A DNA stretch of 64,000 nt from Lytechinus pictus (Eukaryota): assembly GCF_037042905.1 (NCBI RefSeq), contig NC_087246.1, forward strand, positions 1,676,001 through 1,740,000, written 5' to 3'. The position numbers and the translations under genes were made by a program. Shown here piece after piece: positions 1 to 13,889 of the stretch (within the stretch, counting starts at the first letter, position 1; each line of letters starts with the position of its first letter). The notes beneath the pieces are model-generated. The model did not search any database, was not told the origin of the DNA, and saw nothing but the letters and a program-made list of their open reading frames with translations.

Positions 1-399
1 TCTGGACATCAAATATTCATTGATGCGTCGTCTAAAGTGGGTTTATGAAAGTGATTTCAGTTTCATGAAATATGATTCTTTATCCCACAGAATACATGCC
101 GAATGAAGGGGGGGGGGGGGTCTGATAATAAGAAATTGTGTAAAGTTATGTTATGTTCAAGAATTAAGTTGCAAGGTATACGTTGTTAAATTAGGCGCTT
201 TTGTCGTAATAGCTAGAATCTCGAGAGATTGAAATGAAGCAAGGTGGAGTCTATAGGCCCTACAGGTGATGATGAAGGAAGCAGTTATTAAAAAAAAAAG
301 TGATGGATTTCCCCCAATTATCCGGACGGAGAGAGTGCAATCAGTGATGTATGGATAATAACATTCCACTACAATCCATCTCTTTACCTGTCAGATCTG

Positions 400-1450
400 T
401 TTTCTGCTCAATCGATTTTCTTATCGTTCAACTAAATTTTTCATGTTCAACGATCACAGTCGGATGGAGGTCATGTTTCCCTCTTGACGTCACACTCAAT
501 TTCAAATCCGTCTGCTTTAGATACCCGGTCATTTTTTTCATGTAATAGATCTATACAACTGTGAAAATGGGGCATGAGGCCATTAGATTGCACGAGAGTT
601 GCGAAATTTGACATCGAAGCTGAGATTTTTCACAGGTACGAGAGATGGATTGATTGTTTCGCCAACTTTGTTTCCCCTTCCCCGCCCACGTTTGGATTCG
701 TTCACTAAAGAAAAGGGTGGGTAGTGGGTGAAATCCAGTGACTACCGCATGGGAGATGCTTCATCACATAATCATTTCGGCTAAATATTTATTCAGCAAA
801 TAAACTTCAAGCTTAGTATAATTTTGTTTTCATTTATAGCGCATCCATATTCATGAGATTAAAACAAAAGTAGCCGGGAAAATAGCCAATATCGATCAAG
901 CCTAGAAGACATCCGTCCATTGACACCTTTGGTCGATTCGTCCATGACTGTAATTTAAATAAGAAAAGATAACGGCGCGCCACTTAAAAACTCTATAACT
1001 CTCATACACAATACGTGTGTATACACAAAGGAACTGCCCAATGTTTACCCTATTGTAAGGTTACGAGCTAGCTCACGTCGGAATCAATGGTTCATACACG
1101 CTGTTATTATTGGTGGTAAATATACCATTGGCTTTAGCATAGAACTAACATCTTCTCGTGAGCTCAAATAGCTGTTTCTCAGTATTGCTTCGATCATTTT
1201 AAGGATACTTTGCAAGTTTTGACAAGTAGAATGTCTTCTTATGCGGGACTAGACGAGATTGGACTTCGTAAATTGGTAAGTGCAATGCCTCTTTCTTTCA
1301 TCTTCCATGATGAAGAGCCGTGAACTTGGTCTTCCAATCAGCTGAGTGATGCCCTCCAATCTCGGGGGTCGACCAGACCATTGATTTACCGCTAACTTGG
1401 CCGGCAGGTGTTATTTCACGTTCTCCGTACAGTATAAGGCTTTTGTACTA
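400..1450 (+). promoter_or_regulatory. CpG-enriched putative promoter/5'UTR region of the smoothelin-like gene
   Basis: CG dinucleotides are visibly more frequent here than in the following intron (e.g. ggcgcgc ~975, cacgtcgg ~1074, gtcgac ~1367). The region surrounds coding exon 1. TSS not identifiable. Confidence 0.45.
1231..1275 (+). CDS. SMTN: Smoothelin-like gene, coding exon 1 (MSSYAGLDEIGLRKL)
   Basis: ATG at 1231 and 15 codons, then a consensus donor TTG|GTAAGT (phase 0). The peptide matches the recalled vertebrate smoothelin N-terminus (…LAGLDEGALRKL|LEVTADLAERRRIRSAIREL…). Too short for the ORF track. Confidence 0.88.
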
Positions 1451-2805
1451 AGTTCAAGCTGTGTTTTTACATTTATTTTACTGTATAATTTATATGATAT
1501 ATTCATTGGTTGACGAGATCAGATTTTACTATAATTAATAATTGATATATTATATTCAGCTTACATTTTATTTTACAAGATTGAGTCTAGTACTGTTCCA
1601 CGGAGATGGACTAGAGATGGTGGACTAAATTATCATAGTTTATATTAATGTTCATTGATTTTGAAATGCTAGGGAAGTCTAGTTACACATTCATCACTAT
1701 CAGATTACATCTAGAAATTTGGTGATTGATTAATAATATTGTTTTTAAGCAACTGAAGTATCAATATTTGAGAGTGAGAATGACGAGTTTGCAATATCAT
1801 GCTACCAGGCAGAGAAAAACAATCATGGTTTTATAAAGAAAATAAAGTAAATCATACTTTATTGTGTGACCTTCTGACATCATCTGTATTCTGTACCCTG
1901 AAAATTGAAGGGTCGGAGGGGTTCTTTTCTAATGAGATTTCTAGTTTGGCCAATTCTTATAAGTTTTTCCTAAATTGTTTTTGGGGTAGTTTTGTTTACA
2001 TTTGAACTATGATATTATACTAGTAAAGTAGTAGGCATACAGGCTACAGCTATTGGAATAAATGTTTTATGGTAAGACAAATATTCAACACATACTCAGT
2101 TTCACTTTAGAACTATAAAATAAATATTAACATTGTATGATAATGCTCTCATAAACACAACTAACTGCACATGATATAGTCCACATCAAAACTATAAGCT
2201 AGATGATAATTGTTCCATAATGTTGATCATTAATACATTTCTGCTGGCACTCGATCTTTATCATACATGTAAATCAACTTGAGTTGTTGAATGGCTATTA
2301 TGACCCATTTTATAACGATTTATTGAGCTGCTAATAGCTCTTTTTTTTGTCCAATGAGAATATACATGTAACAGATGTGTGTGAATTCTGTATTCATTGA
2401 ATATGGTACTTATATGATTTTGATTGATGCCCATGTTATGCCTTACCCCATACTCCTAATTCCTGAAGAGAGGAGTTCATTAACAGGGCAGACGGGGCTA
2501 TAAATAACCCCCTCCACCACTGCCTGATTCCCTTGGTAGCTAAAGGAGGAATCACTTCCAATAAGGAACAGACACAGAAAGAGGGTAACCATTCCTTGGA
2601 GAAGCTTTGGGGCTAGATTCTGAGTGGGAGGGGTGGGGATTTAGAGTCCAAGGGCAAAGTGGTTTGTGATTTATAATGACGACCTGTCTTTGGCATGACC
2701 TCAACGTCATTCATCATACTGAGGTCTGATCTAGTTGACATCATTTTCATTGTCGAAGTTAGTTCTAACTTCTTGGATTGTCTTTGATAGACTGATTGAG
2801 ATACA

Positions 2806-2890
2806 GTTTAGTTTAGTTTAGTTTTAATTCTTTATTAAAAAATCACACCCGTCAAAACTGACGGCCGGCCTAAGAAGGCCTATGAGTGAT
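2806..2890 (-). mobile_element. Possible truncated LINE 3' end
   Basis: The minus strand shows short stem-loops (ccgtca…tgacgg, ggcct…aggcc), then AATAAA and a (CTAAA)n tail. Confidence 0.35.
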
Positions 2891-3297
2891 GACATCAAAA
2901 TGTATAACAGTCACATACAATTACAGGAAAAATGAAATCATAAGGTATTCACAGAGTAAAGTTAACATTATTTTCAGGGGAAAAAAATGGTGGAAGTCAA
3001 ATATTATTTCTTGAATATATTATTTCTTTACGAACAGTGAGAATTTCATTTGCATATCTGGCTATTGAGCAGCAGAGTGTATCAGAAGATATAATAAGAA
3101 TGAATTGTTGGTAAGTGGTTAAATCATGTAGAACATGATTCTAGTAACCATGGATCTAGTACAATGTAGGTCCATGCAGTAGGGAGAGTAGTGATAGAAA
3201 TATTTATGATTAATCTGTTTATGATTGGTCTGTACTCAATCCTTATAGGTTGGAAGTAAGAATGGTTTGTGTGTATGCTAGCAGTGATATTTGTAGC

Positions 3298-3635
3298 TTA
3301 AAGGGGAAGTTCACCCTTATGAAAAGTTTGTTGTATTATAAATAGCAGGAAAAATTAAAAAAAATATTGGAGAAGATTAGAACAAAATTTTGATTTGTGA
3401 CGTTATATACTTGCAGCTGTCTCATGTTATGTAATATAAAATGCATACATTTTAAATTTCTAATGGTTCCTAATGAATTATTTTTATGTCTTTATAGGAG
3501 CGGGTGTGAAATGATTTGCCCCTTGATATACTGAGGGTACAATAAAAAATATTTTCAATTTTCTGAGAAAATGAAATTTTCTTGATTTCAGCTATTTTTA
3601 CAATAAACTTTTTGTCAGGGTGAACTTCCCTTTAA
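3298..3635. mobile_element. TTAA-flanked MITE (T2/Kolobok-type)
   Basis: TTAA-AGGGGAAGTTCACCCT … AGGGTGAACTTCCCT-TTAA terminal inverted repeats, no coding capacity. Confidence 0.85.
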
Positions 3636-6600
3636 AGAATGAATTGATTTTAATCATGAGTTAAAACATGTCTAGATTGTTTCAAATCTGGAGTAAAAGA
3701 AACAAAAAGAGGTTGATAATGATAAGTTCAGAGAGGTTTCAATTGAGAGAGGGAAATTATAGAGGATTATTAAGGAAGGAAAGGCAAGGGAACGGAAGGG
3801 GTTATAGGCCCAATATAAGTGAATGCATTTATAATAAATGCAAAGTCCCAGTTATAGTGTATTGGATAAACATTTGTTACAGAGTTTTATGCAATAAATG
3901 ATGAAAATGAAAGATGAGTGTGGCTGGGAGTCGTTATCAGTTTACTAGGTACCGGTTTAGATACAAGGGTAGCCTTGCCAAGGGAAGCAGGAAAAAAGTC
4001 AGATAACTGCTTTTATAAAGTAGATTGAACTTATGTTTCAGACTTCTTTGAAGACATGGAGCCCAGTGTTTGTAGATCTCCTGTATTAATCAATATCTAT
4101 AGATCTATCTATTTTTTCCAGATCAAATATGCAATCTTATTTACTGAATGAGAGCCAGAAATAGTATCTTCAATACAATATCTGTCTGTCTTAGAATTTG
4201 TATCCTGATCCTGTACTCACTGTATGCAAGCACTTGTTTGATGATTATATTATTTTTTCCTACATGTACCTGTATATGTGATGTGGTTAGGATTCAATTT
4301 AATCACAAGGTTTTAAGTGACCAAACAGTTGAAAACTGATGTCACATGATCAACTACATCAATAAATTCCTGATCAATCTACGTAATTGAAAAATGAGTT
4401 TCTAATGTTAACATGGCTAGGAGATATTATCTGTTAACACCGTACACAGAGTACACACAGATGACTGCCTAACAGACTATTAATTACTTCATAGTGCTCC
4501 CAATGGCCAATATATCATAGTCATGAACAAATTAAATTTCATTCGGTCTGTAGGTGTACAGTACAGTACATGTATGTACTATTTGTTAATTATTGTTAAA
4601 TTTGTATTTTTTTATTAATTTGAATGACGATGGCATTTTGAAATGAAGTCACTTTTAAATTCAAATACGAGTATATTGTCTCCAAGTTTAATATCATAAC
4701 AAAGTATAACAAAGTCATAACAAAGTATATGATACATGTATTTGGCAGTTTGGCTGTTTTGTTAAATAGGTTTGAGATGTTTTAAAGGGATTGTTTAACT
4801 TCATTTAGGATCTAGAAATATTTTTTTCTCTTGCAGCCAATGCTGTAATCTTAATTACATACCTGTAGGTCAAACAGGTATCAGTGAGATTTTCAGGCTG
4901 ATCGGTAGCTTCATTACTGCAATAATGAATGACTAGTCAGGGATGATTAAGTTTACACTATAGGCTATGGAGATAAAATAATAACTTTTTTTTAACTTTT
5001 TGTGAAGCATGTAATTATGTTTACAATTTTCAGGGTTTCCTCTTGAAACATTCCATGCACTGACAGCATAGGGGTCGGCAGCTCCGAGTTTTATTACCGC
5101 TATAAAGTTATTAAATCCCTTTAATATCAATCAAATATCTAATACCTATTTTTAATACATTGGATAAAACAGGAAGGTACAAATGTATCTGTCTATTGTC
5201 TAATTAAAAGCACCAATGAGTTCTGCAGCTTGTATTAGAAATGTCACTCTTAGTCATTTATTACTTTCAATCAGCATGATCACATTTTGTTCTTTGGTTT
5301 AATGTAATTTTTACAGAAATTCAGAAATCACAATGGCCTTGAATGTCTCTTAATTTTAGCGGCTAATTAAAGATGAAATGTCAGACTTCATTTAAGCCTT
5401 GGCATGATGGATTAACACAACATAGAATATGACTCATCAAGTAATCTGTGCCCCATTCTTTTAGAAAATGTTATCCCACAACCAAGTACAGGTGTTTTGA
5501 GCAATCACCTGTGTTATACCACCACCAAGGTGTATGAATAACCACACACTTATTTTTTAATGGAGCGTATAATTACATGTTTGCTGAAACGATATCAGCA
5601 ATGAGATTGTTCATGCAAGGAAAGATCCTGCATTGAAGATCTATATGGTTCATTGATATTCAAGAACTGTTCCAAGGTTGATCTTTCAAATGACGAGTAT
5701 GGGAGGTGGGGCAATTAACGTCTTATTCTCTGATATGGATAATCATGCTTTAATTCTGCTGAGAAAATTAATAGACTAAGGATTGCCATGGGTGTTGCTA
5801 AAATATCCCTCAGTTACATGATATGACATACGATATGCAGCAGTAATATTTTTGGTCAATTGTTGTCATGATTGTAGATAAGGTTTGTTTTCTTAATAAT
5901 ATCTACTCTACATTTTCCAAAGTTGTCTTGAGCCATTTTGGAATGGCTTTTAGATTATTGCTAAAATAACTACATGTACAAACTATCTTCCAATATCTGT
6001 ACTAGTTGCTAAAAAAAAGTAAATAAACTTGTAAGGGATTTAATTATTTATTTCATTTGATTTCAATTGAATTTCATTAATTCCCCCCACATTACTAAAG
6101 TAATAAAAATGGCAGCATCCCATAGCAAATTTGCTTTGTTTGACTCTGGTTTCCATCAAAGCAAAAACCTACTAAATATTTTTCAGGATTCTATGAAAAA
6201 CAGTTTATACACCATCAACATAGGAACAACCCTTTGACCTGCCTCCATCTCTATAGAGCGGTGGTTGGCAGTGGTAGTTGTCTCTCAACTTCAAATCAGA
6301 TGATCTGATCAATAAATATTCTATTTTGATTAAGATAAATCCCACCATCTTTGTTTATTTCTCCATGCTCACTGTCATACCTGCAGGCTTGCTATTCATC
6401 CAGGAGTTTGTATTAAAGAGTGGTTAGTCTTCACTATCAGAACTTATCAATATGAATTTCAACAATATTAAAGTGTTTTATCATATTTTATTTTTATGTA
6501 TTTTCAGAATTGAGCAATTAAGCATGAGTTTTTATTACCTGTTGTTGATGAGGTTATATTTCATAACTTTTTTAAAGACTAAATATTGGTTGCCTGCTCG

Positions 6601-7931
6601 TACTGAATTCTGAAAAATCTACATTATCTACAATAGTTTCGAAAAAAATATTAAATGCAGAAAAATTTGGTGCTATATGATTCTTCTGATATCTGTATAC
6701 CTTTTTGGTATGTTTTTGTTATTTCAAAATAAAGGAGATGTCCTTAAGATATATAGACTCTTAAATGCACATACTTGTACACGTATCATTATTATTAAGC
6801 ATAAAAACTATATCTAACCTCAATTGATTGAAAATATTTACCATTAATGTATCCAGTGATTATACACAAATGAACCATTGATTTATATAGAATGCATTCT
6901 TGAGGACCTCTCCAAATTGAATGAAATAATAATTATACATTGAAACTCTAGCAAAATTTATGGCTTTTGATACATTAAAGGACTAATGTATCAATGATGT
7001 GCAATCGATAAATTTCAAGAAAACAACATTAAGTCTGTGTATTGTAGACTACTGTTATTGAGCGTCTGTTGCAGGGGTTCGTGACAAATTAATTTTCGTC
7101 ACGAAAAGATCTCCCTGTCGGTATGCCTAGGATGATCGTCGGACAGGTTACCGTGGCGATGATGGAATACAGTTCATGAGAACAAGAGGTTATAACATCC
7201 TCCTCCTTTGCCCAAGATGTTACCCAATCTCTTCCTCTCAAACTCAAGCATTTCTCTTTGTTTCTTAAAGGGATACATTACCTATCTTATATTAAAGTGA
7301 TATACTTTATCTAATGAGAATACACTGTATTCATTTTATTTTTATAAATGCTTTTATTTCCTTTCTTGATGTTTTATTCACATTATTGTATTTTTTAATT
7401 GACCTCGCATGCAGTCTAATTACAGTAATACATCACTTTGAGGCTGTCTGTATCAACCCTATTTACATGTACATGTAAATATTCAAAATCAGTCATAATA
7501 TTTTTTTTTTTTTTTTTTTTTTTTTACTGTACATGTAAATGACTGTCGAGAATACCTTCAACTAAAATTCCTAATAAGGGCAAGAGCAGTGTCAATTTCA
7601 GACAGGTGTGTGGTTTACATGATAATCATATTACCTTGGTAACTTATCTCACATCATACCCCTTCAGATGGGACGACTTTGGTTGGTGATTATGATAAAT
7701 CGCATGTTACTTTTACCCTTAAACCAGGAATGTTTCACATTGCAGATTCTGGGTTCAAATCTCTGTGTGATGCGTATTTCAGAGGGAAAGAGACATTGGG
7801 TCAGTTGAATAAAAAGAAGTAAAATTTTTTTTGTCATATATTTATTAAGGGTTTTGCTTGGATACTTGTAAACTGTACTAGTATGCCTGGCTTGTGTTTT
7901 ACATGTAGGCCCTTCATGTAGCTAGGATATT

Positions 7932-8407
7932 AGGCGGTTTCAAACCGCCTCGATCACAAGAATCCCCGTTAAATTACGAGAACATTTTTAGGCTAAAAAA
8001 TACCCATTAATTATTCCTGCATTCACACCGCCCCGAAACATACCCTTCGGGATAAATTCCTGAAGTTAGGAGCATGCGCAGTATGGTCTAATAAGCAGGC
8101 AAGGCGCGAGATTCAAAACCACTAGCCCAGCAGCCACCCACGGCGCCCGCGCCCAACGACACGCTGGGCTAAAAGTTCCCGTAAATTGCTTTCACATTGC
8201 CAAAATACCTGCGACCTTGGAAAAATCCTCGCGAAAGGTCTCGTAATTTCGCCAAGTACCTACTATTTAGCGGGTATTTTCTTTCGGGGAAATTACGCGT
8301 AGTTTGCTTTCACATTACCAAAATACCTGGTATTTTCTGATCGAGGTAAATTTCCCGATCAGAGAATACCTGGAACTGACGAACTTCGAGGCGGTCTGAA
8401 ACCACCT
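7932..8407 (+). mobile_element. Non-autonomous DNA transposon, Harbinger-like (copy 1)
   Basis: TIRs AGGCGGTTTCAAACCGCCTCGA / TCGAGGCGGTCTGAAACCACCT, flanked by a 3-bp ATT duplication. Near-identical inverted copy at 28838-29304. Superfamily inferred from TSD length. Confidence 0.85.
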
Positions 8408-10339
8408 ATTGAGGCACTGGGAAGGATCTACATGTACTGCTAAAATAGAGGAATTTTGAAAGTTTATCTCTAAATGTTAAATCAAAAGTTTGTTAGCAGG
8501 GAAAAGGTTATAATGCATATATGTTATTGCTTGGAATCCGTTGAGCCATTAAGTGATCCTGAACTAGCTAAGTTTATTTTCAATGTCAAAAGTTCACATC
8601 CTGGGAATGGAAAAGAGAGAGAAAAAGTCTACTCATCCTTCAAAAAAGTCTAGAGAGAAACTTTCTTATTTCATGAATTTTGGGGATGGGGTGGGGGGAA
8701 TAAGTGTCCTGTTTTATTAAACTGAAAACAAAAGAGTACCATGACTTTATTGATATGAAACTAATTGAATTGAAAATTTGTGACAAGATGCTTCATAAAC
8801 ATACATGTAAATATAGAAAGTATTCAAACTTCATTCTGCTGAAGTGAAAGTTTTATTGCAGGATATCCAAGATATATGGTTACATGTATGCAATGTAAGG
8901 AAAGAGGAGATATAATAATTGCATGTGAAGAGCTAATTTCACTTGTACATGTATTTTAAACACTACCTGCAAACTTAGTGAAGCATGCAGAACCAAGGAG
9001 AGATATCTCCTTGGCAGAACTATCTCTCTCAAGTCTCAATCTAGTACTTCATCAAAAAATATCATGGTATCAAGAGATACATTTACTCTTAGAGCATGAT
9101 AGTAAAATTTAATGGTATATTGTTTTAATGATTTTATGTACAGTATCGAGCCAACACAAATGTTGCAGAGCATGGATACCTGGATACACTCTAAATGAAT
9201 ACCAGTCAAATTCTGGTTTGAAATTTATGGGTATCAAAATTTAAAATGATTTAAATTCAAATATTAATTTAAAAAAAAATTATAATATTTTCCTGTTTGT
9301 AGTATTTCATAGTGAAATCTGTCATGATGGTGTGCATGTATGTAATTGGTTTTCTGTTCCAAGATGGCCGTCATTCCATGTAAGCAACATAACATGAACT
9401 GTGGGAATGATAAATCATAACAATATAGCACCTATTAAATTTTTTCCAAATGTGATGAATTAATAATAATTGTGGGCGTATTCGATATATTTATCAGCTA
9501 GGTAATATACACAAACTTTTTTATTGTCTGATGCATCATATGATTTCTTGGAAATGCTTTGACATTAATGTAAGGTTGCTTGAAAATTGGAGCAGTGTGG
9601 TGGAGGGTGATGAGAGATTTCTTTTGCAATTTCTTGTAAGTCAATAAATAGTGATGATGCGATGATGAAATGTTTTCTAGACATGTTGGATGAGTACCAC
9701 ACAACAAGGATGTATACATGGGGTCATAGTTTGTGAATTCAAGACCTCTTCCACTTGAAGAAAGAAAAACCTGATAGCATGCCTATTGCATTTTCACATA
9801 CTGAAAGGTTCATTGAATTTCATGAATGCAACCATGATTTAATCAAGTCTCTCAAAAGTCAAAACAATATGTCATACTTGAAAACAACCCTAAAGTTTGA
9901 ACATTTCGCAGGTACATCAACTGTACAATGTACATAGAATCCTGTCATTTTGTACTAAAATCAAGGAACCAACGTCCCAACATATATGTAGTGTCATTTT
10001 TTGGCCTTGAAATGGATGACACATAGATATCCAGGAATATTTTTAGAATTTAGAATCTTTTAGTTTCTTGTCATGTGCACATTAGCCAGCTGCTCCAGAC
10101 ATCAATTAAGATCAAACAAACATTTTTCAATTGAATTAAAATATAATGCTACCATCATCCCATACATACAGTCAGTGATTTTCCAAATTTAGCTATGGAT
10201 ACATTTCTTTTTAAACCTACATGTTCTTGTGAAATATGGAGACATTTTTTTTTATTGCTAAAAAATATATATTTCCTTTTATAATCCAGTGTATTTTGTT
10301 TTGTTTTACCGATCTATCTTAATAATTTTTTTTGCTTTT

Positions 10340-10466
10340 GTCATTATCATGTTTACAGTTTGCTTTTACATTGTGTTTTTATTTTGTGTGTTTAGACCCC
10401 GATGAAAAACACATTTGCTGTTGGGTGTTCCATCCCACTAGTGGTAAAATAAATAAATAAATAAAA
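10340..10466 (+). mobile_element. Possible truncated LINE 3' end
   Basis: T-rich stretch, then gacccc…gggt stem-loop-like segment, then an (AAAT)n tail. Confidence 0.3.
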
Positions 10467-11117
10467 ATGAATGCCTTCTTTTCTTAATCTATCCATGATA
10501 AGAAAAATGCAGCCAATTGTGTATTCATGACATTAAATTGAAGTTAAGTGCAAGACTAGGGATTTTATCCTGATGTGGTTTGAATAACAAGTAAAAAAAA
10601 ACCAAGGACTGAAAGTCTGAGCTACATTCAGTGAAGATTAGAAAGTTTAAAGTTGTGGAATTATAAAATTATCATTAGGAAACCAAAATTACTATGAAGT
10701 CATATGGTTGTATCCTTGTGACCTGGATCTTTAAAATGAGGTTACCATAGAAAAACTACACTTTCATTTTATTCATAGACACATACTAAGGAAAGTAATC
10801 TGGTCTTATTCTTTTTACTACCACTGCATTTGGAAATGTGAATTATCGAGCTAAAGCTAGGATGATGATAATAGTGCTCAAAATAGATTATTTCTAGTTA
10901 GATGGTGCAACATGAATGCCTATTATTGTAAAAATACATTGAAGTGATTTTACACGAATAAACTATCAAGTCCACACTTGATTTCTTCACCAGGTTTGTT
11001 TTAACATTAATTTATGCAGACGGATTCTAGAAATTTTATATAACATTTTGAAAAGAAAATGCATTGCAAAATAATAGTTTACTCTTTTTTTTCGCACAGT
11101 TCTGTGTTCTGTGCATG

Positions 11118-11515
11118 TAATACCCCTTTCATAAACCCAATAAAACACAATTATGCGGCTAATAGCAGCATAATTTGGTCGTAAAATCAGACGAGGACAA
11201 GAGTTATCCGCATTATTCTGATGCTGCTATTATCCGCATAATAGCGGCATCGGGACAAGTTTTTTGAGTTTATGAACGTATTTCCAAATAATGCGGATAA
11301 TTGCCATGGTGCGGTCACAAGGTCACCCTTTTCCAACACAACCGCATTGGAGGGGGCGTGTCCAGTTGTCATGACGATTATCCGCCTTTTTCAGGACGGG
11401 CGCTCGTAAAAATAATTTATGGAGTTTGTGAACGCAATTTTTATTGAATTATCCGCATTACTCTTAGGCGGCTAATTGGAGGATATGTTTTATTGGGTTT
11501 ATGAAAGGGGTATTA
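11118..11515. mobile_element. MITE with 30-bp TIRs
   Basis: TAATACCCCTTTCATAAACCCAATAAAACA … TGTTTTATTGGGTTTATGAAAGGGGTATTA. Internal (T)TATCCGC motif recurs in both orientations. Confidence 0.85.
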
Positions 11516-12337
11516 GAAATGATTTCAAACAAAAGCAGCGAGGCTTTTCATTCGTGAATGTGTGCTGTAACTCATTATTTAAGCACCTGTAAACTAGACA
11601 TGCTTCAAGCAGGAATCTGTAGGCAGGGCTAAAAAACACCAATTATACCACATACAGCTTCAGGAATGAGAAATACCACGCTCCCCGCTGTCAATAATCT
11701 TCAAGAAACACCAAGAACGGAATATAAAACGACAGCCAAGAAATGGGAGTGGAATAAGGGAATAGGGGTTATTCTGTTATCGTGGCTAAGGGTTGGGAGT
11801 TAATGACCAATTATTTTGGACTGTTGTTACCTGAAATTGATTAATAAATGTTTGGGTGTGGGAGGAACTAAACAAGAAATAATTAGCAGGGTGGATATAT
11901 GTATATTACCTGGATTTAAACTGTTTTGTGTTAGATGTAATTTACTGAGTAAGAAATTAGGTACTTTGGTCCTTTAATGCATTACAATTAATGGACTTCA
12001 ACCAATAGGTCTTTACAAACCATGGAAAATGATTAATTTTGGGTAACATACAATGCTATGGCCTATGCCATATATTTATTTCTTTCTATTTCTTTGTCAA
12101 AGGTAAAAATAGAGAAAATAAATTTCATCAGGGGCTGGCAGGGGTGTGTCTATTCACCTTATCCTTTGTTCAAGATTGATTAAATCTGACAGAGATGAAT
12201 ATCAAATTATGATATCAAGAGGTTCATATTTTTAAATTTCATTGCAATTTACGTGATATTGCCAGTACATTTCTCTTATTTGTAACACTTGGCCAATATA
12301 CCACAAGCCATTTAGAACTAATTAATGAATAGTACCG

Positions 12338-12960
12338 TAATACCCTTTTTACACACGCTAAAATTTCCTTAACCCCATACTATAGGTGGGGCTAAATTGC
12401 CATTTAGCCCCACCTATAGTACGGGGTTAAGCTTAGCCCACTTTCTTTTTACACAGCATTTTTGCAAAGTGGGCTAACCCCACCTTTAGTACGGGATTAT
12501 TTGGCCCTGCAAAAAAGCAGGGTTATCCCAGCAATTGCGGTGCTAAGAGCGATAGTACGGGGTTAAGATCGCTAGTGTAAAACGAAAGTGGGCTAAGCGC
12601 TCCCATTCATGCCCCGCAACAGAGCCGGCCCTGTTGTCCAATCAGAGGTAAGCATAATGAATATTCATGAACAGCGAACACGGCGACGAGAAAAAAATGT
12701 ATTCAAAGCGCGCGCGATTTTGGATATGACCCGAATGACCCCTCAGTGTGCTCGTGAATATTCATGAGCTACCACTAGTCTGGGGTTGGCGAGTTTCGTG
12801 TGTGAAAAGCAAGCATTCCTTATCCGGGGTTAGCAATAACAATTTAGCATGTGTGAAAAGGAAAAAAAATAGTACGGGGTTAAGGATAGTACGGGGTTAA
12901 GGATAGTACGGGGTTAGCGATAGTCTGGGGCTAAGAAAATCCTGTGTAAAAAGGGTATTA
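12338..12960. mobile_element. MITE with 18-bp TIRs and subterminal repeats
   Basis: TAATACCCTTTTTACACA … TGTGTAAAAAGGGTATTA. Many copies of TAGTACGGGGTTAAG, and a ~30-bp-stem hairpin at 12368-12431. Confidence 0.85.
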
Positions 12961-13486
12961 GTAGAATGAATTGATGATTTGTTGGATGCATGATGTGATC
13001 AATTATTTAGAATCACCTAAATCTATTATTACCATCTCTCCATTCAATTCTTTATGATCACCAACCAAGGTTCATACATGTACCATGGAGCTATTATAGC
13101 TCTATGCATATACATGTATTTTCTCTGTATAAGAAGAAGTTTTTTAGTTTTTGTGTTTTTGTCTTGTTTAGGAGGAAGTAATCTTGAAGCAAAGATATCA
13201 CTTCCAAATGGAGGTCGAATATAGTGTGAGGTCATGCATCTTTGGCTGCATTCAATTGACACTTAAGGCCTACACTAGAAACACTGCTTTCATAGACTTT
13301 TAGACCTCCCTGTACATGTAGTTTAAATGTTTATTGTTAGTCATATATTTAAAATGCAAACATGAAGCAATGAAAAACGGTGTGTTTCAAAATTTATTCC
13401 ACAAGATTTCATCCATGGGCCCCACTTGAATACCTCATATTAAATTTGGATACATTCTGTTTTTGTTTTGAATATCCATCTTGACC

Positions 13487-13889
13487 TTAAAGAGAAATTC
13501 CAGTAGTTGCAGTAAACACTGATTTCATGAGAAAGTCTGTAAAACCAGGTTTAATTGTCAGTATATAATCGAGGATCTAGATCTGGTACAGTTACATAAA
13601 CTGAACTTTGTGAAAACTTGAAATCTACGCTGAAAAATGTTCAGACTGAACTTCCCCAACACAGATAAGCGCACGTGGGACAGTGTATAATTATTGCTTT
13701 GAGCGTCGGGCCCGACGCTCTACCCGAATCCTGTGCTTATTTGCTGAATTCTCAGCAATTACACAATTTCTTCCAGAATCCTTTGGCACATGCGTTTTAT
13801 TTATACAAACAGACACTTTGGTGGTCATTTCATTGGATTCTGTACGAACTCATTTTGATATCGTTACCAAAACTAGCATTTACCTTTAA
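13487..13889 (+). mobile_element. TTAA-flanked MITE (Kolobok-type), copy 1
   Basis: TTAA-AG…CT-TTAA ends with imperfect TIRs. Alignable by eye along its length to 40308-40705. Confidence 0.8.
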
